From the NCBI GenBank assembly GCA_030390025.1, contig CM059432.1, forward strand, positions 14,448,001 to 14,512,000: DNA of 64,000 nucleotides, in the 5' to 3' direction. This DNA is from Squalus acanthias (taxonomy: Eukaryota). Made by a program: the position numbers and the translations under genes. Under the pieces are notes generated by a model that was not told where the DNA came from, searched no databases, and saw only the letters and a list, made by a program, of their open reading frames with translations. Position 1 is the stretch's first letter, and each line of letters begins with the position of its first letter. Shown in pieces: positions 1 through 12,810 of the stretch.

Positions 1-353
1 AATAGAGTAGATGTAGAGAAGATGTTTCCACTTTTGGATGATTCCAAAAATAAGGGCCATAAATATAAGATAGTCACTAATAAATCCAATAAGGAATTCA
101 GGAGAAACTTTTTTGCTCAGAGAGTGGGTGAGAATGTGGAACTTGCTACCACAGGGAGAGGTTAAGGCAATTAGCATAGATGCATTTAAGGGGAATCTAG
201 ATAAGTATAAGAAGGAGAAACGAATAGAAGGACATGTTGATAGGGTGAGATGAAGTAAGGTGGGAGGAGGTTCATGTGGAGCATAAACATAGGCATAGAC
301 TTGATGGGCCGAATGGCCTGTTTCTATGCTGTAAAATCCTATGTAATTCTATG
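1..353 (+). mobile_element. CR1 LINE 3' fragment
   Basis: Decayed ORF2 C-terminus (gagaagatgtttccactt...aggagaaactttttt...cagagagtgg) and CR1 3' UTR 'gggccgaatggcctgtttct' with a ctatg tail. Confidence 0.85.
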
Positions 354-864
354 GCTAACCTAGAGATTGCTAGTTTAATGTCAAATGCTGGATTGTTTTG
401 TTGTGGGTCTGTGCCCACTAGGAATTGTCTGAGACTGCGCAAACTCACTTCATGTACCATCTTTGCAGCCTACAGAGAAACAATATAAAAGACACCTAGA
501 TTACAATTATTGATCTGCAGACAAGGCCAACATTTTAAACTTCAGAGGATTCAGGGGGGATAGAGCCAGTCCCGCTGCAGAATAAGCAGCGACCTACTTC
601 CGTGCAGCAAGTCCTCTGACAGAGCTCCAGATTTCATTAGTCCTCTGAGAAATTAGTATGTTAATAAATATAACACACTCTAATCTTCTATTTTAATTAG
701 CAAGCCCTGTAAAGACTCATCACTGACCTATTTCTATCAGTCTGCCTGTGTATCACGGTGTCTGCAACAGCAAGAAAGAATTAGCGAAACAAAACCTCCT
801 GTGGTATTGTAAAATAAAAATCAGGTGCTGGATTTGTCAGTCCTCCGTCATCTATCTATTAAGC

Positions 865-1066
865 GAGAAGTCGCACAACACCAGGTTATAGTCCAACAGC
901 TTTATTTGAAATCACAAGCTTTTGGAGCGCTGCTCCTTCGTTCACCTGACAAAGGAGCAGCGCTCCGAAAGCTTGTGATTTCAAATAAAACTGTTGGACT
1001 ATAACCTGGTGTTGTGCGACTTCTCACTTTTGTCCACCCCAGTCCAACACCGGCATCTCCGCATCA
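865..1066 (+). mobile_element. Miniature palindromic Penelope-like element (family A)
   Basis: Inverted arm ~865-940, then sense arm with HHR-like core (942-978) and 3' tail ...ccggcatctccgcatca; 12-bp TSD tatctattaagc at 853-864 and 1067-1078; near-identical to the 3' end of the PLE at 10822-13034. Confidence 0.9.
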
Positions 1067-1464
1067 TATCTATTAAGCAATTAAAAGTCTTGGATATAGT
1101 TTACACTTGCTGTAAGTGTCATGCCTATATCCTGTAACACTGTCCTTACCACATTTTATCCAACATCCTTTGATGATAACACCCCATTGTTATAAAACAG
1201 CACATCCTCTGACTCACTGTTAGCAATGAATAGTGTATAACATTTAAAGAAAAGCTTTACCTCAGTGAGGGAACTACTCCAATTACACACTCATCAGCAC
1301 TCGCTCAAAGAACAGCCCGTTCAATTAACTGCTGCACCCCCATTCACACGTTCATGGAGCCCTGCCTTTCTCACTTTGTAACGCAGTGAACAAGCAGTGA
1401 AGGCATTGTTCCTGCTGCTTCCCATTACTGTGAAATAAAACCTATAGTGCATCCTCGGTAAAGT

Positions 1465-1553
1465 CAGAAAGATTTGCATGTATGTGGCGCCTTCACAACC
1501 TCAGGATGTTCCAAAGCACTGACTCAGAGGTGAGAATGCTACCCACTGAGCCA
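1465..1553 (-). mobile_element. Internally deleted SacSINE1-like SINE (head fused to tail)
   Basis: Tail 'agaaagatttgcatgtatgtggcgccttcac...ccaaagcac' joined directly to head 'tgactcagagg...ctacccactgagcca'; compare the full copy at 62395-62863. Confidence 0.65.
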
Positions 1554-2559
1554 GGGCCGGCGCCGTATAAACACGTATTAATATATGTGTCTCACCCTTT
1601 CTTGAGAAAGTGAAGGAAAATGAACACTATGGAGACAGGCTTAATAAGGAACGCTTTCTGGCACCATCAATCCTGGGAAAAGCTCTTCGCCCACAGCATT
1701 TTTTGCTTTCTCTGGCTTTGCAATGAGAGAAAGCAAAGTCGCACTGAAAACCAGGACTTACTGACACAGTGTAGGTGGGGCTAAATTCAGTCTGAGGGCC
1801 CAACACAGGTTCCCAAGGTTGGCCTGTAGCCCATATAATGCGTAGGTCTGAATTACACAAAGTATAAGTACTCTAACTTTCACACCGTACGGTGTAATTT
1901 CATTCAAAACCTGCCATGCGTCTAGAGTCTATAATGAAACTATCTCAGACGAAGCACTTAGCATGATGCATCTTTATCTACCAAAAACATAGCGAGTGTC
2001 TGTCTGATCAGCAAGGTGCGTCATGGTTTATCAGCTTCTGTCACAGTCCTTGAAGAGAAAAGAGATTTTTTTTTTGTAGAACAAAACAGTACAATTTAAG
2101 GAAGATTAATGATCCCAACAGGCATTGTAGTCTGAATATCTATCCTGCTTTAATCAAGTTGTGTTGCGAGGCCAACCTTCACCCCTCCCCCACAAACACA
2201 CACTCATTCTCTGAAACACATCTGATCCCACTATTCTGCTCTGCATCACCAACCTAGGCCCTGAGCATCATTTTAATATCTGATGTTACTGATAAATTAA
2301 GGCAGTACCATTAGCCTAAAAGCCTTCATCAGACATACTATAGGTAGGAAAAACAGTGTTTTATATACAGTGCGCTTTCATCTTGTACATTCCTGGACAG
2401 CTAAACTCCGTCAGCTTTTGATAGCGCCAGAATTCACTACTTTCTGTGTTGTGATGGAATGTTATTGGGTAGCAAATCACAGCTCAGCTAATGATCATTT
2501 CAGGATCTGTCAGAGATATACTAAAGAGGGCTAGTAGCATAAGGCTGTGGCAATGATAA

Positions 2560-2940
2560 GGGAATGGTAGCATCGAGGTTATGTTACTGGACTAGTAATC
2601 CAGAGGGTTGGAGTAATGATCTGTGTGTGCAGACATAAGTTCAAATCCCATCACAGTAGTTAATTAAATAAATCTGGAATAAAAAGCTAGTATCAGTAAT
2701 GGTGACCATGAAACTACTGGATTGTTGTATAAAACCCATCTGGTTCACTAATGTCCTTTAGGGAAGGCAATCTCCTTACCCGGTCTGGCCTATATGTGAC
2801 TCCAGACCCACAGCAATGTGGTTGACTCTTAACTGCCTGCTGAAATGGCCTAGCAAGCCACTCAGTTGTTCAAGGGCAATTAGGGATGGGCAATAAATGC
2901 TGGCCTTCCCAGTGACGCCCACATCCCGTGAACAAATAAA
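2560..2940 (+). mobile_element. HE1-type tRNA-derived SINE
   Basis: tRNA-like head (gttactggactagtaatcc...gttcaaatccc); 3' tail aagggcaattagggatgggcaataaatgctggcc shared with the LINE at 8920-10760. Confidence 0.85.
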
Positions 2941-3237
2941 GCTTTTCTTTTGGAGGGAGGACATGGGCAAAGTAATATTTTCTTTCTCCCCGCCCCACCT
3001 TTCCTGAAGGGACTGACTGATGATGGGGTATTGTTTCACGGGCACTGCCGCTCTCTGGTAACCCGCTGGAATTGCACTGTTTATATGTGAGCGTGGACAG
3101 TGAGTGTGGGCCGGCGATTCAACTGTGTCAGCACACAGGTGAGCCCAATCCCCAACACTTTCCAACAGGGGTAACTGGATGGTGATGATGAATGTGAACC
3201 CTATCTAATGTTCTCACTCTTGAGTCTGTGTCATTGG

Positions 3238-3605
3238 GTACGGAGTGTAGTGGTGATGTTACTCGGACCAGTAATCCCGTAGTTCTGGACTAGTAATCCA
3301 GTATGGACGTGAGTTCATGCCCCACCATGGCAGTTTTAGAATTTAAATTCAGTTTAAGTCTGGAAATAAAAAGCTGGTATCAGTAAAAGTGATGTTGAAG
3401 CTGTCAGATTGTTGCAAAAACTAGTTCACTAATGTCCTTTAGGGAAGGAAACCTGCCAGCCTTACCCAGTCTGGCCTCTATGTGACTCCAGTGGATGACT
3501 CTTAACTGCCCTCAGAAGTGGCCGAGCAAGCGACTCAGTTGTACAGGGTAACGAGGGATGGGTAATAAATGCCGGTGACGCCCACACCCTGAGAACAAAT
3601 AATAA
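3238..3605 (+). mobile_element. HE1-type SINE
   Basis: Collinear with 2560-2940 (gttcactaatgtcctttagggaagg...gacgcccaca). Confidence 0.85.
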
Positions 3606-3711
3606 TTTTTAAAAATTGATTTTTTTCCCCCTCCCTGCTTTCAGGGATGCTAAGGCCAATTGTAGTGACCCTATTGCCCCCGACCCCAGGCTGAGATCAG
3701 CTCACTCACTG

Positions 3712-5331
3712 AGATTCGGCCCCTCGAGCTTGTTCCGCCATTTAATGAGATCATGGCTGATCATCCAAATTCAGTACCCTGTCCCTGCCTTCTCTCCATA
3801 TCCCTTGATCCCTTTAGCCTTAAGAAATATATCTAACTCCTTCTTGAATATATTTAATGAATTAGCCTCAACTGCCTTCTGTGGTAGAGAATTCCACAGG
3901 TTCACCACTCTCTGGGTGAAGAAATTCCTCCTCATCTCAGTCCTAAATGGCTTACCCCTTATCCTTAGACTGTGACCACTGGTTCTGGACTCCCCCGCCA
4001 TCGGGAACATCCTTCCTGCATCTAGTCTGTCTAGTCCTGTTAGAATTTTATAAGTTTCAATGAGATCCCCTCTCATTCTTCTAAACTCTAGCGAATATAA
4101 GCCTAATCGACCCAATCTCTCTTCATACGTCATTCCTGCCATCCCAGGTATCAGTCTGGTGAATCTTCGCTGCACTCCCTCCATGGCAAGAACATCCTTC
4201 CTCAGATAAGGTGACCAAAACTGCACATAATACTCAAGGTGTGGTCTCACCAAGGCCCTGTACAACTGCAGCAAGACATCCTTGCTCCTGTACTCGAATC
4301 CTCTCGCTATGAAGGCCAACATACCATTTGCCTTCTTAACCGTCTGCTGCACCTGCATGCTTACCTTCAGCGACTGGTGCACAAGGACACCCAGGTCCCG
4401 TTGCACTTCCCCTTTTCCCAATCTATTGCCGTTCAGATAATAATCTGCCTTCCTGTTTTTGCCACCAAAGTGGATAACCTCGCATTTATCCACATTATAC
4501 TGCATCTGCCATGCATCTGCCCAATCACCCAACCTGTCCAAATCATACTGGAGTTTCTCTGCATCCTCCTCACAGCACACACGCCCACCCAGCTTTGTGT
4601 CATCTGCAAACTTGGAGATATTACATCTAGTTCCCTCATCTAGATCATTAATATATATTGTGAATAGCTGGGGTCCTAGCACCGATCCCTGCGGTACCCC
4701 ACTAGTCACTGCCTGCCATTCGGAAAAAGACTCATTTATTCCAACTCTTTGCTTCCAGTTCTCTATCCAAGTCAGTACCTTACCCCCAATCCCATGTGCT
4801 TTAACTTTGCACGCTAATCTCTTATGCGGGACCTTATCGAAAGCCTTCTGAAAGTCCAAATGCACCACATCCACTGGTTCTCCCTTATCTATTCTACCAG
4901 TTACATCCTCAAAAAATTCCAGTAGATTAGTCAAGCGTGATTTACCTTTTGTAAATCCATGTTGACTTTGTCCGATCCTGTCACTGTTTTCTAAGTGCTC
5001 TGCTGTTACATCTTTTATAATGGACTCTAGCATTTTCCCCACTACCGATGTCAGCCTTACCGGTGTATAATTCCCCGTTTTCTCTCTACCACCTTTTTTA
5101 AATAGCTACATTAGCTACCCTCCAATCCATGGGAACTGTTCCAGAGTCTATATAGAATTTTGGAAGATGACCAGCAATGCATTTACTATTTCTAGGGCCA
5201 TTTCCTTAAGTACCCTGGGATGCAGATTATCAGGCCCTGGGGATTTATCGGCCTTCAATCCCGTCAATTTCCCTAACACCATTTCCCTACAAATACTGAT
5301 TTCATTCAATTCCTCCCTCTCATTAGACCCT
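3712..5331 (-). mobile_element. CR1 LINE, 5'-truncated, with an open 423-aa RT/C-terminal ORF (3771-5042)
   Basis: QHGF, DFQKAFDKVPH, GVPQGSVLGP, FADD and RRNFFTQRVVNLWNSLP motifs. Confidence 0.95.
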
Positions 5332-5424
5332 AGCACAGACCAGGCACAGATCAAACCTGGGACCCTCTTGTTCTGTATGGTTCAGCACTCAGCCACGAAG
5401 CCTGGGGGGGGGAGCTGGAATAAT

Positions 5425-5720
5425 GAGGCCAAAAATCTAAGACCCTTCTGGCGTAATTCCCATCGTCACTCCAGTCAGATTACACTCTTGGGGTTGCAGA
5501 TGAGGCTGGGTGACCTGTGGAATCAGGTGCCAGAATTCACCTAGGAGCCTCCACCCACACAGAGTAAGGCAAACAATGCAGGAGAGGGTGGGGTCTCCCT
5601 CAGTTGGGAGTTCCTGCATCTCTAGCCCCCAATTCCTTGGCAATGAACCAGGCCTATTGGCCAGCTGGAGTGAACCCCGCCTCAAGATCATGCACCCCTC
5701 TCCGACAGATTTTCATCCCT
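5425..5720. mobile_element. PIF/Harbinger-type MITE
   Basis: Imperfect TIRs gaggccaaaaatct / agattttcatccct; 3-bp TSD aat (5422-5424, 5721-5723). Confidence 0.55.
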
Positions 5721-6260
5721 AATATCTTCAAATTATTTTTATAAATAGAAGTAATATAATGCTAGATTTGTTTTGCCCCAGGATTTCCTGCGTTCATTAA
5801 GGAAGATGTGCATTTTAAAGTTAAATATATTTTTATAAAATATATATATTTCATATTTGTATTTTCCTTCACAAATGGCTATCCCCGGTATCAGGAATGA
5901 TTGTGGGTTCTATGCTTATCCGGGATGATGTGTGAGTACTGCAGTTCTAAGTCCGAACATTAAACTCTGAATATCTATTTTACCTCTCTGGTTCTTTAAA
6001 CCATTCAGCAAAGGGTCTTTAGGCTTCATTTCTAAATGAGAATGATGTTGCTTTGTCTGTGCTGAAGTCCTTTTTGCTGTTTGTTCTATGGTGAGTTCTT
6101 TTGGAACTACACGATACTTCATAGAATTGGGGTTCACCAAATTCCCTTTGCAGCAACCCAGGGTGTTCAGGATAATCGCTGGGACCTAATGTATCTTTTA
6201 AAGGTAATACCTGCTCTGATCTCACAGTTGCTCGGCTCAGATCATAAGTCTCGTCTTACA

Positions 6261-6773
6261 ACATAAGAACATAAGAAATAGGAGCAGGAATAGGCCACTT
6301 GGCCCCTCGAGCCTGCTCTGCCATTCAATAAAATCATGGCTGATCTTGGGCTCAAAGCCACTTCCCAGCCCGCTCCCCATAACCCTTCACTCCCTTATCT
6401 TGCAAAAATCTGTCTACCTCCACCTTAAATGTATTTAATGACCCAGCCTCCACGGCTCTCTGCGGCAGAGAATTCCACAGATTTACGACCCTCTGAGAGA
6501 AGAAATTCCTCCTCATCTCAGTTCTAAAAGGGCGACCCTTTATTCTGAAACTATGCCCCCGAGTTCTAGATTCCCCACGAGGGGAAACATCCTCTCTGCA
6601 TCTACCTTGTCGAGCCCCCTCAGTATCTTACATGTTTCAATAAGATCACCTCTCATTCTTCTAAATTCCAATAAGTATAGGCCCAACCTTTCCTCATAAG
6701 TCAACCCCCTCATCTCAGGAATTAACCTGGTGAATCGTCTCTGAACTGCCTCCAATGCAAGTATATCCTTCTT
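6261..6773 (-). mobile_element. CR1 LINE 3' fragment
   Basis: EAVQRRFTRLIPEMRGL...RGDLIET; (aacataag)n tail. Confidence 0.9.
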
Positions 6774-7367
6774 GGCTGGTTCAAATCCCTTTACATAACC
6801 TGGTTACCTTGGGTTGCCTCAGGACTCCATATTGATGCTGGAGTTAGTGTGGGCAGCTGATTCACACAAACCTCCCAAGCGTAGAACTCCTGACCTCAAA
6901 ACAATTAGTCACTCTTCCTCCCCCCTGTGTTGAATATAGTCCCTTTACTCTAACTTATTCTTTCTCAGATCTCCAAAGTGTAGAACTCTCAGTCTGCCCT
7001 TCATCCTAAAACCTAACAACTCTTAAAACCAAACCTGACCTGCAACCTCTTGATTTACTTTGTCATCTCTTTTACCCTTTTCTTTCTTTTTCAACTGTGG
7101 TGTTGTATTTCACTTTGGACCCTCGATCTTCACATAGGATTTAGAAATGTAAATTGTAGCAGAATGAACTCAGAATGGTTTATGTTGTTACCAGATCACA
7201 GTCTTAAATTTCGAGCTATTGGATATTGTTCTATATAAAGCTGAATTTTTTTTCTTGTAGGTTATATTTTCCTATTTTAACTATGTATATTTTTCAGCAG
7301 CAATTGCTAGTTGCATTTTAAGTGGTTGGATGTTAAGCGCTAGACCACAAAGAGCATCTGCTCTTTA

Positions 7368-7768
7368 TTTTACGTGTTCTTGGGATGTAGGCAATGCTGG
7401 CAAGGCTGCATTTAGTGCCCATCCCTAGTTGCCCTGAGAACGTGGTGGGCTTTCTACTTGAACCACTAGTGATTGCTCATCACTGAGTGGCTTGCTAGGC
7501 CACTTCAGAGGGCAATAAGAGTTGACTACATAGTATGGGACTAGAAAGTGTAGGGCAGACTGAGTAAGGGTAGCAAGCTCCCTTCTCTGAAAGACATTAG
7601 TGAACGATTTAGATTTTTATGGCAATCCAGAAGCCTTTTCGGTTACTTTACTGGTGCTGGTCCACAAATTACCTGATTTGTTGAATTCAATTTCAAAGTT
7701 TGCCATTGTGGGATTTGAACTCAACTGTCAGTTGCTGGTACAGTGCCATAACCACATGACTAATGTAC
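7368..7768 (-). mobile_element. Diverged HE1-type SINE
   Basis: Reverse complement of the HE1 tail (tgcccatccctagttgccc) and head (gtgggatttgaactc). Confidence 0.7.
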
Positions 7769-8287
7769 TTTTATGTAATAGACCTGCCAGCATTGCCAAG
7801 TTGTGTTTGATAGCAAAGGTACAGTAACATGAGTGAATCTTTCTACGCAAATCCAAATAACAAGTGGTTCTGAGTGAACACAAGGCTAGAATTTAACATC
7901 ATGCTGCCTGTAACATAGCTTGACTGCATTTGCTTGGCTTCTATCATCTGAACCCCTCAATTACAGCCTTCTGGCTATACTATATTCATGCTATTTATTC
8001 CCCTGTAATCTGCAGTTAAGCAAACTCCAAGCTTGGCCGAGATTTTCCCTACCTCGGCGGGTCAGTGGCTGCTGTCTCGATCCCGGCCTCCGACATGTCT
8101 TTCGCGTGATTGGGCTTATTAAGCCCGCCCAACGAGTTTCCCGGCAAAGTGAAGGAAGCAGGTCTGAGGCGTCATCAGCCGGTTTCCTTAAAGGGACCAT
8201 GCGCAAAATACTTTGACAGTTGTGCTGTCAGCGTTCTACAGCATTGAGGTGCTGCAAACACTGACAAGCACTGCACAGAGCTGCACG

Positions 8288-8505
8288 GCTGCACCCAGGC
8301 TCTCCCATTACTCCCTCCATATGCTTATGGAGGGAGTCACAGCACGCAGGGAGGTCCTCTTCCCTTCCAATGGGCGGAAGAGACCTCCCCAGGAGACCAA
8401 TGCAGCCTGGTTGCACATTGCACAGGAGGGCACAAGCAGGGATGTCGTCAGGAGGACCAGGCTGCAGTGGCACCAACCTTTCAACGATCTCAGTAGATCA
8501 CGAAA
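8288..8505 (+). pseudogene. Harbinger Myb/SANT-like DNA-binding protein relic
   Basis: AAPRLSHYSLHMLMEGVTARREVLFPSNGRKRPPQETNAAWLHIAQE...RRTRLQWHQPFNDLSRS resembles the Myb/SANT (MSANTD-like) domain of Harbinger accessory proteins; followed by a CA-rich intron-like tract. Confidence 0.75.
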
Positions 8506-8919
8506 CGTTACTGCAAAGCCACACTCAACCTCATCCTGCTGTGCCACTCATCACATCCCCATCATTCTGCCTTCCCTACCCTACTCCTGCACATCCTTAC
8601 TCACACCAACTTACCTTGCACCTCCACCCATCCCTCTCTATCTACATTATCACTTCCCCATCTCACTAGCCACCCCTCACACTCACCCTCATCCTAGTGC
8701 AATCATACCAACTAACAACACACAAGGGTAGGCTCTTGGGTGTTTTAGCCAATGTTCATGCTGTCAAACATTGAAATCTTTTTTTTTCAACACGTTGCGA
8801 TCTTGGACAGATTTGAGTGCACCTTTGTAAGTGGCTTAGTGAGTGGCAGTGAATGGTGAGACATAACGGTACTCCCCGCAATGCTGATGAGTGTGAAAGG
8901 AATGGCTTGGGCATTTTAA

Positions 8920-10760
8920 GGATCAGATCAAAGCTCTGCAGTCCTGCCACACCCAGTCGTGAATGGTGGTGGACCATTAAACAACTAACGGGAGGAGGAG
9001 GCTCAATGAATATCCCCATCCTCAATGATGGTGGAGCCCAGCACGTGAGTGCAAAAGACAAGGCTGAAGCGTTTGCAACCATCTTCAGCCAGAAGTGCCG
9101 AGTGGATGACCAATATCGGCCTACTCCTGAGGTCCCCACCATCACAGAAGCCAGTCTTCAGCCAATTCGATTCACTCCACGTGATATCAAGAAACTGCTG
9201 AGCGCACTGGATACAGCAAAGGCTGTGGGCCCTGACAACATCCTGGCTATCGTGCTGAAGACTTGTGCTCCAGAACTAGCCGCGCCTCTAGCCAAGCTGT
9301 TCCAGTACAGCTACAACACTGGCATCTATCCAACAATGTGGAAAACTGCCCAGGTATGTCCTGTCCACAAAAAGCAGGACAGATCAAATCCAGCCAATTA
9401 CCACCGCATCAGTCTACTCTCAATCATCAGCAAAGCGATGGAAACTGTTGTTGACAGTGCTGTCAAGCGGCACTTACTCACCAATAACCTGCTCACTGAT
9501 GCTCAGTTTGGGTTCCACCAGGACCACTCGACTCCAGACCTCATTACAGTCTTGGTCCAAACATGGACAAAAGAGCTGAATTCCAGAGGTGAGTTAGAGT
9601 GACTGCCCTTAACATCAAGGCAGCATTTGACCGAGTGTGGCATGAAGGAGCCCCAGTAAAACTGAAGTCAATAAGAATTGGGGGGAAAACTCTCCACTGG
9701 CTGGAGTCATAGCTAGCACAAACGAAGATGGTTGTGATGGTTGAAGGTCAATCATCACAGCCACAGGACATCGTTGCAGGAGTTCCTCAGGGCAGTGTCC
9801 TAGGCCCAACCATCTTCAGCTGCTTCATCAATGACATAAGGTCAGAAATGGGGATGTTTGCTGATGACTGCACAGTGTTCAGTGCCATTCACAACTCCTC
9901 AGTTAATGAAGCAGTCCATGCCCGCATGCAACAAGACCTGGACGATGTTCAGGCTTGGGCTGATAAGTGGCAGGTAACATTCGCACCACAGAAGTGCCAG
10001 GCAATGACTATCTCCAACAAGTGAGCGTCTAACCACCGCCCCTTGACATTCAATGGCATTACCATCGCCGAATCCCCCACCATCAACATCCTGGGGGGTC
10101 ACCATTGACCAGAAACTTAACTGGACCAGCCACATAAATACTGTGGCAACAAGAGCAGGTCAGAGGCTAGGTATTCTGCAGCGAGTGTCTCACCTCCTGA
10201 CTCCCCAAAGCCTTTCTACCATCTACAAGGCACAAGTAAGGAGTGTGATGAAATACTCTCCACTTGTCTGGATGAGTGCAGCTCCAAAAATCACTAAAGA
10301 AGCTCGACACCATCCAGGACAAAGCAGCCCGCTTGATTAGCACCCCATCTACTATCTTAAACATTCACTCCCTCCACCACCGGCGTACCGTGGCTGCAAT
10401 GTGTACCATCTACAAGATGCACTGCAGCAACTCGCCAAGGCTTCTTCAGCAGCACCTCCCAAACCCGTGACCTCTTCCACCTAGAAGGACAAGGGCAGCA
10501 GGCGCATGGGAACACCATCACCTCCAAGTTCCCCTCCAAGTCACACACCATCCTGACTTAGAAGTATATCGCCGATCCTTCATCGTCGCTGGGTCAAAAT
10601 GCTGGAACTCCCTCCCTAACAGCACTGTGGGAGTACCTTCACCACACGGACTGCAGCGGTTCAAGAAGGCGGCTCACCACCACCTTCTCAAGGGCAACTA
10701 GGGATGGGCAATAAATGCTGGCCTTGCCAGCGACGCCCACATCCCATAAAAACAAATTTT
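8920..10760 (+). mobile_element. HER1-type (CR1-group) LINE, 5'-truncated and frameshifted
   Basis: RT motifs KAVGPD, NPANY, QFGF, GVPQGSVLGP, FADD across ORFs 8853-10470; 3' tail shared with the HE1 SINE. Confidence 0.9.
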
Positions 10761-10909
10761 TATAAAGGGATGTTTTATGTTGTTGGTGTGGGGTGGTGCC
10801 AAGCTGGCACATCAAGTGACATGATGCGGAGATGCCGGTGTTGGACTGGGGTGGACAAAATTGAGAGGTCGCACAACACCAGGTTATAGTCCAACAGTTT
10901 TATTTGAAA

Positions 10910-10952
10910 TCACAAGCTTTCGGAGCTATCGATTTGCTCCTTCCTCAGGTGA
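10910..10952 (-). ncRNA. Minimal type I hammerhead ribozyme motif
   Basis: UCAC-CUGAGGA-A-GGAGC(aaaucgaua)GCUCC-GAAA-GCUU-GUGA; helix I and II pair, palindromic helix III AAGCUU. Confidence 0.8.
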
Positions 10953-11284
10953 AGTAAATTAGATACAGAATCTCCAAAGCATATATAGATGGAAAACAAA
11001 GCATGTGTACTTTACAATTGCAGACCAATAAATTAAATCATCCTGACTATCTGCCGAGGTGTGATAAAGTTAATTAAGTCAGCCAGGAAGGTACCACATC
11101 AAAGACATAGCAAGATACAACTGAGACAATGAGGTGTAGTCGCAGGGGTTCTAACGTGTCAAAAGCTGCCGTCTGTATGTAAAACGAAAAGCTTTAACAT
11201 TTTTTTACTTTTTTACTGGGAAAATTTTTACTTTTTTACTGGGAATCACATCTGTGAACAAGCTAACGACGACTCGAGTCCGGA

Positions 11285-12810
11285 TCACGTCATGTATCGT
11301 GACATAAACCCAAGATCCCGATTGAGACCGTCTTCATGAGTGCGGAACTTGGCTATCAGTTTCTGCTCGATGATTTTGCGTTGTCGTGTGTTTCTAAGGT
11401 TGCCTTGGAGAACGCTTACCCGCAGATCCGAGGCTGAATGTCCTTGACTGCTGAAGTGTTCCCCGACTGGGAGGTAACAATCCTGCCTGGCGATTGTTGC
11501 GCGGTGCTCGTTCATACGTTGTCTCAGTGTCTGCATGGTCTCGCCGATGTACCATGCCGCGGTGCATTCTTTCCTGCAACGTATGAGGTAGACAACGTTG
11601 GCCGAGTCACATGAGTATGTACCATGTACCTGGTGGGTAGTGTCCTCACGTGTGATGGTGGTATCTGTGTTGATGATCTGGCATGTCTTGCAGAGTTTGC
11701 CATGGCAGGGTTGTGTGGTGTCGTGGTCGCTGTTATCCTGAAAGCTGGGTAATTTGCTGCGAACGATGGTACTTCTGAGGTTAGGCGGCTGTTTGAAGGC
11801 AAGTAGTGGAGGCGTGGGGATGGCCTTAGCGAGGTGTTTGTCGTCATCGATGACATGTTGAAGGCTGCGAAGAACATGGCGTAGTTTCTCCGCTCCGGGG
11901 AAGTACTGGACGACGTAGGGTACCCTGTTGGTTGTGTCCCGTGTTTGCCTTCTGAGGAGGTCTATGCGATTTTTCGCTGTGGCCCGTCGGAACTGTCGAT
12001 CGATGAGTCGAGCGTCATATCCCGTTCTTACGAGGGCGTTTTTCAGCGTCCGTAGGTGTCCATCGCGTTCCTCCTCGTCTGAGCAGATCCTGTGTATTCG
12101 CAGGGCTTGTCCATAGGGGATGGCTTCTTTAACATGGTTAGGGTGGAAGCTGGAGAAGTGGAGCATCGTGAGGTTGTCCGTGGGCTTGCGGTAGAGTGAA
12201 GTGCTGAGGTGTCCGTCTTTGATGGAGATTCGTGTGTCCAGGAATGAGACTGATTCTGAGGAGTAGTCCATGGTGAGTTTGATGGTGGGATGGAACATGT
12301 TTATGTTATCGTGTAGTCTTTTCAGTGATCCTTCGCCATGGGTCCAAAGGAAGAAAATGTCGTCGATGTATCTGGTATACAGCGTTGGCTGGAGGTCCTG
12401 TGCAGCGAAGAAGTCTTGCTCGAACTTGTGCATGAAGATGTTGGCGTATTGGGGTGCGAATTTGGTCCCCATGGCTGTTCCGTGTGTTTGGGTAAAAAAA
12501 TGGTTGTCAAAGGTGAAGACATTGTGGTCAAGGATGAAGCGGATGAGTTGTAGGATGGCGTCTGGAGATTGGCTGTTGTTGATGTTGAGTACTGAGGCTG
12601 TTGCAGCGATGCCGTCATCGTGGGGGATACTGGTGTAGAGTGCCGATACGTCCATCGTGGCAAGGAGTGTTCCTGGTTCAACTGGTCCGTGGGTGCTGAG
12701 TTTCTGTAAGAAGTCTGTAGTGTCGCGACAGAAGCTGGGGGTTCCCTGTACGATGGGTTTCAGAATGCCCTCGACGTATCCAGAGAGGTTCTCACACAGG
12801 GTTCCATTGC
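11285..12810 (-). CDS. Penelope reverse transcriptase + GIY-YIG endonuclease (N-terminally truncated, uninterrupted)
   Basis: DVSALYTSIP, GTAMG, RYIDD, FLD, YRKPT, then VVYLIRC...WYIGETMQTLRQRMNEH and GLN; no stops or frameshifts. Confidence 0.9.

Larger units (their letters stand above)
2965..5396 (-). mobile_element. Older tRNA-derived SINE split into three pieces (~2965-3220, ~3617-3710, ~5332-5396) by an HE1 SINE and a CR1
   Basis: The pieces are collinear with the reverse complement of the related SINE at 39095-39435. Confidence 0.55.

Noticed and set aside
1255..1345. Minus-strand donor CTGAG|gtaaag as a possible MTCL1 exon end
   Set aside because: The phase-0 frame hits TGA 11 codons back; no MTCL1 similarity; a non-coding exon cannot be supported from sequence alone.
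5916..6225. Minus-strand ORFs with a donor at 5983 as candidate MTCL1 exon 4
   Set aside because: No similarity to the expected SSLKRR/DDSADL continuation, and the phase-0 frame contains TAA; exon 4 probably lies beyond the window.
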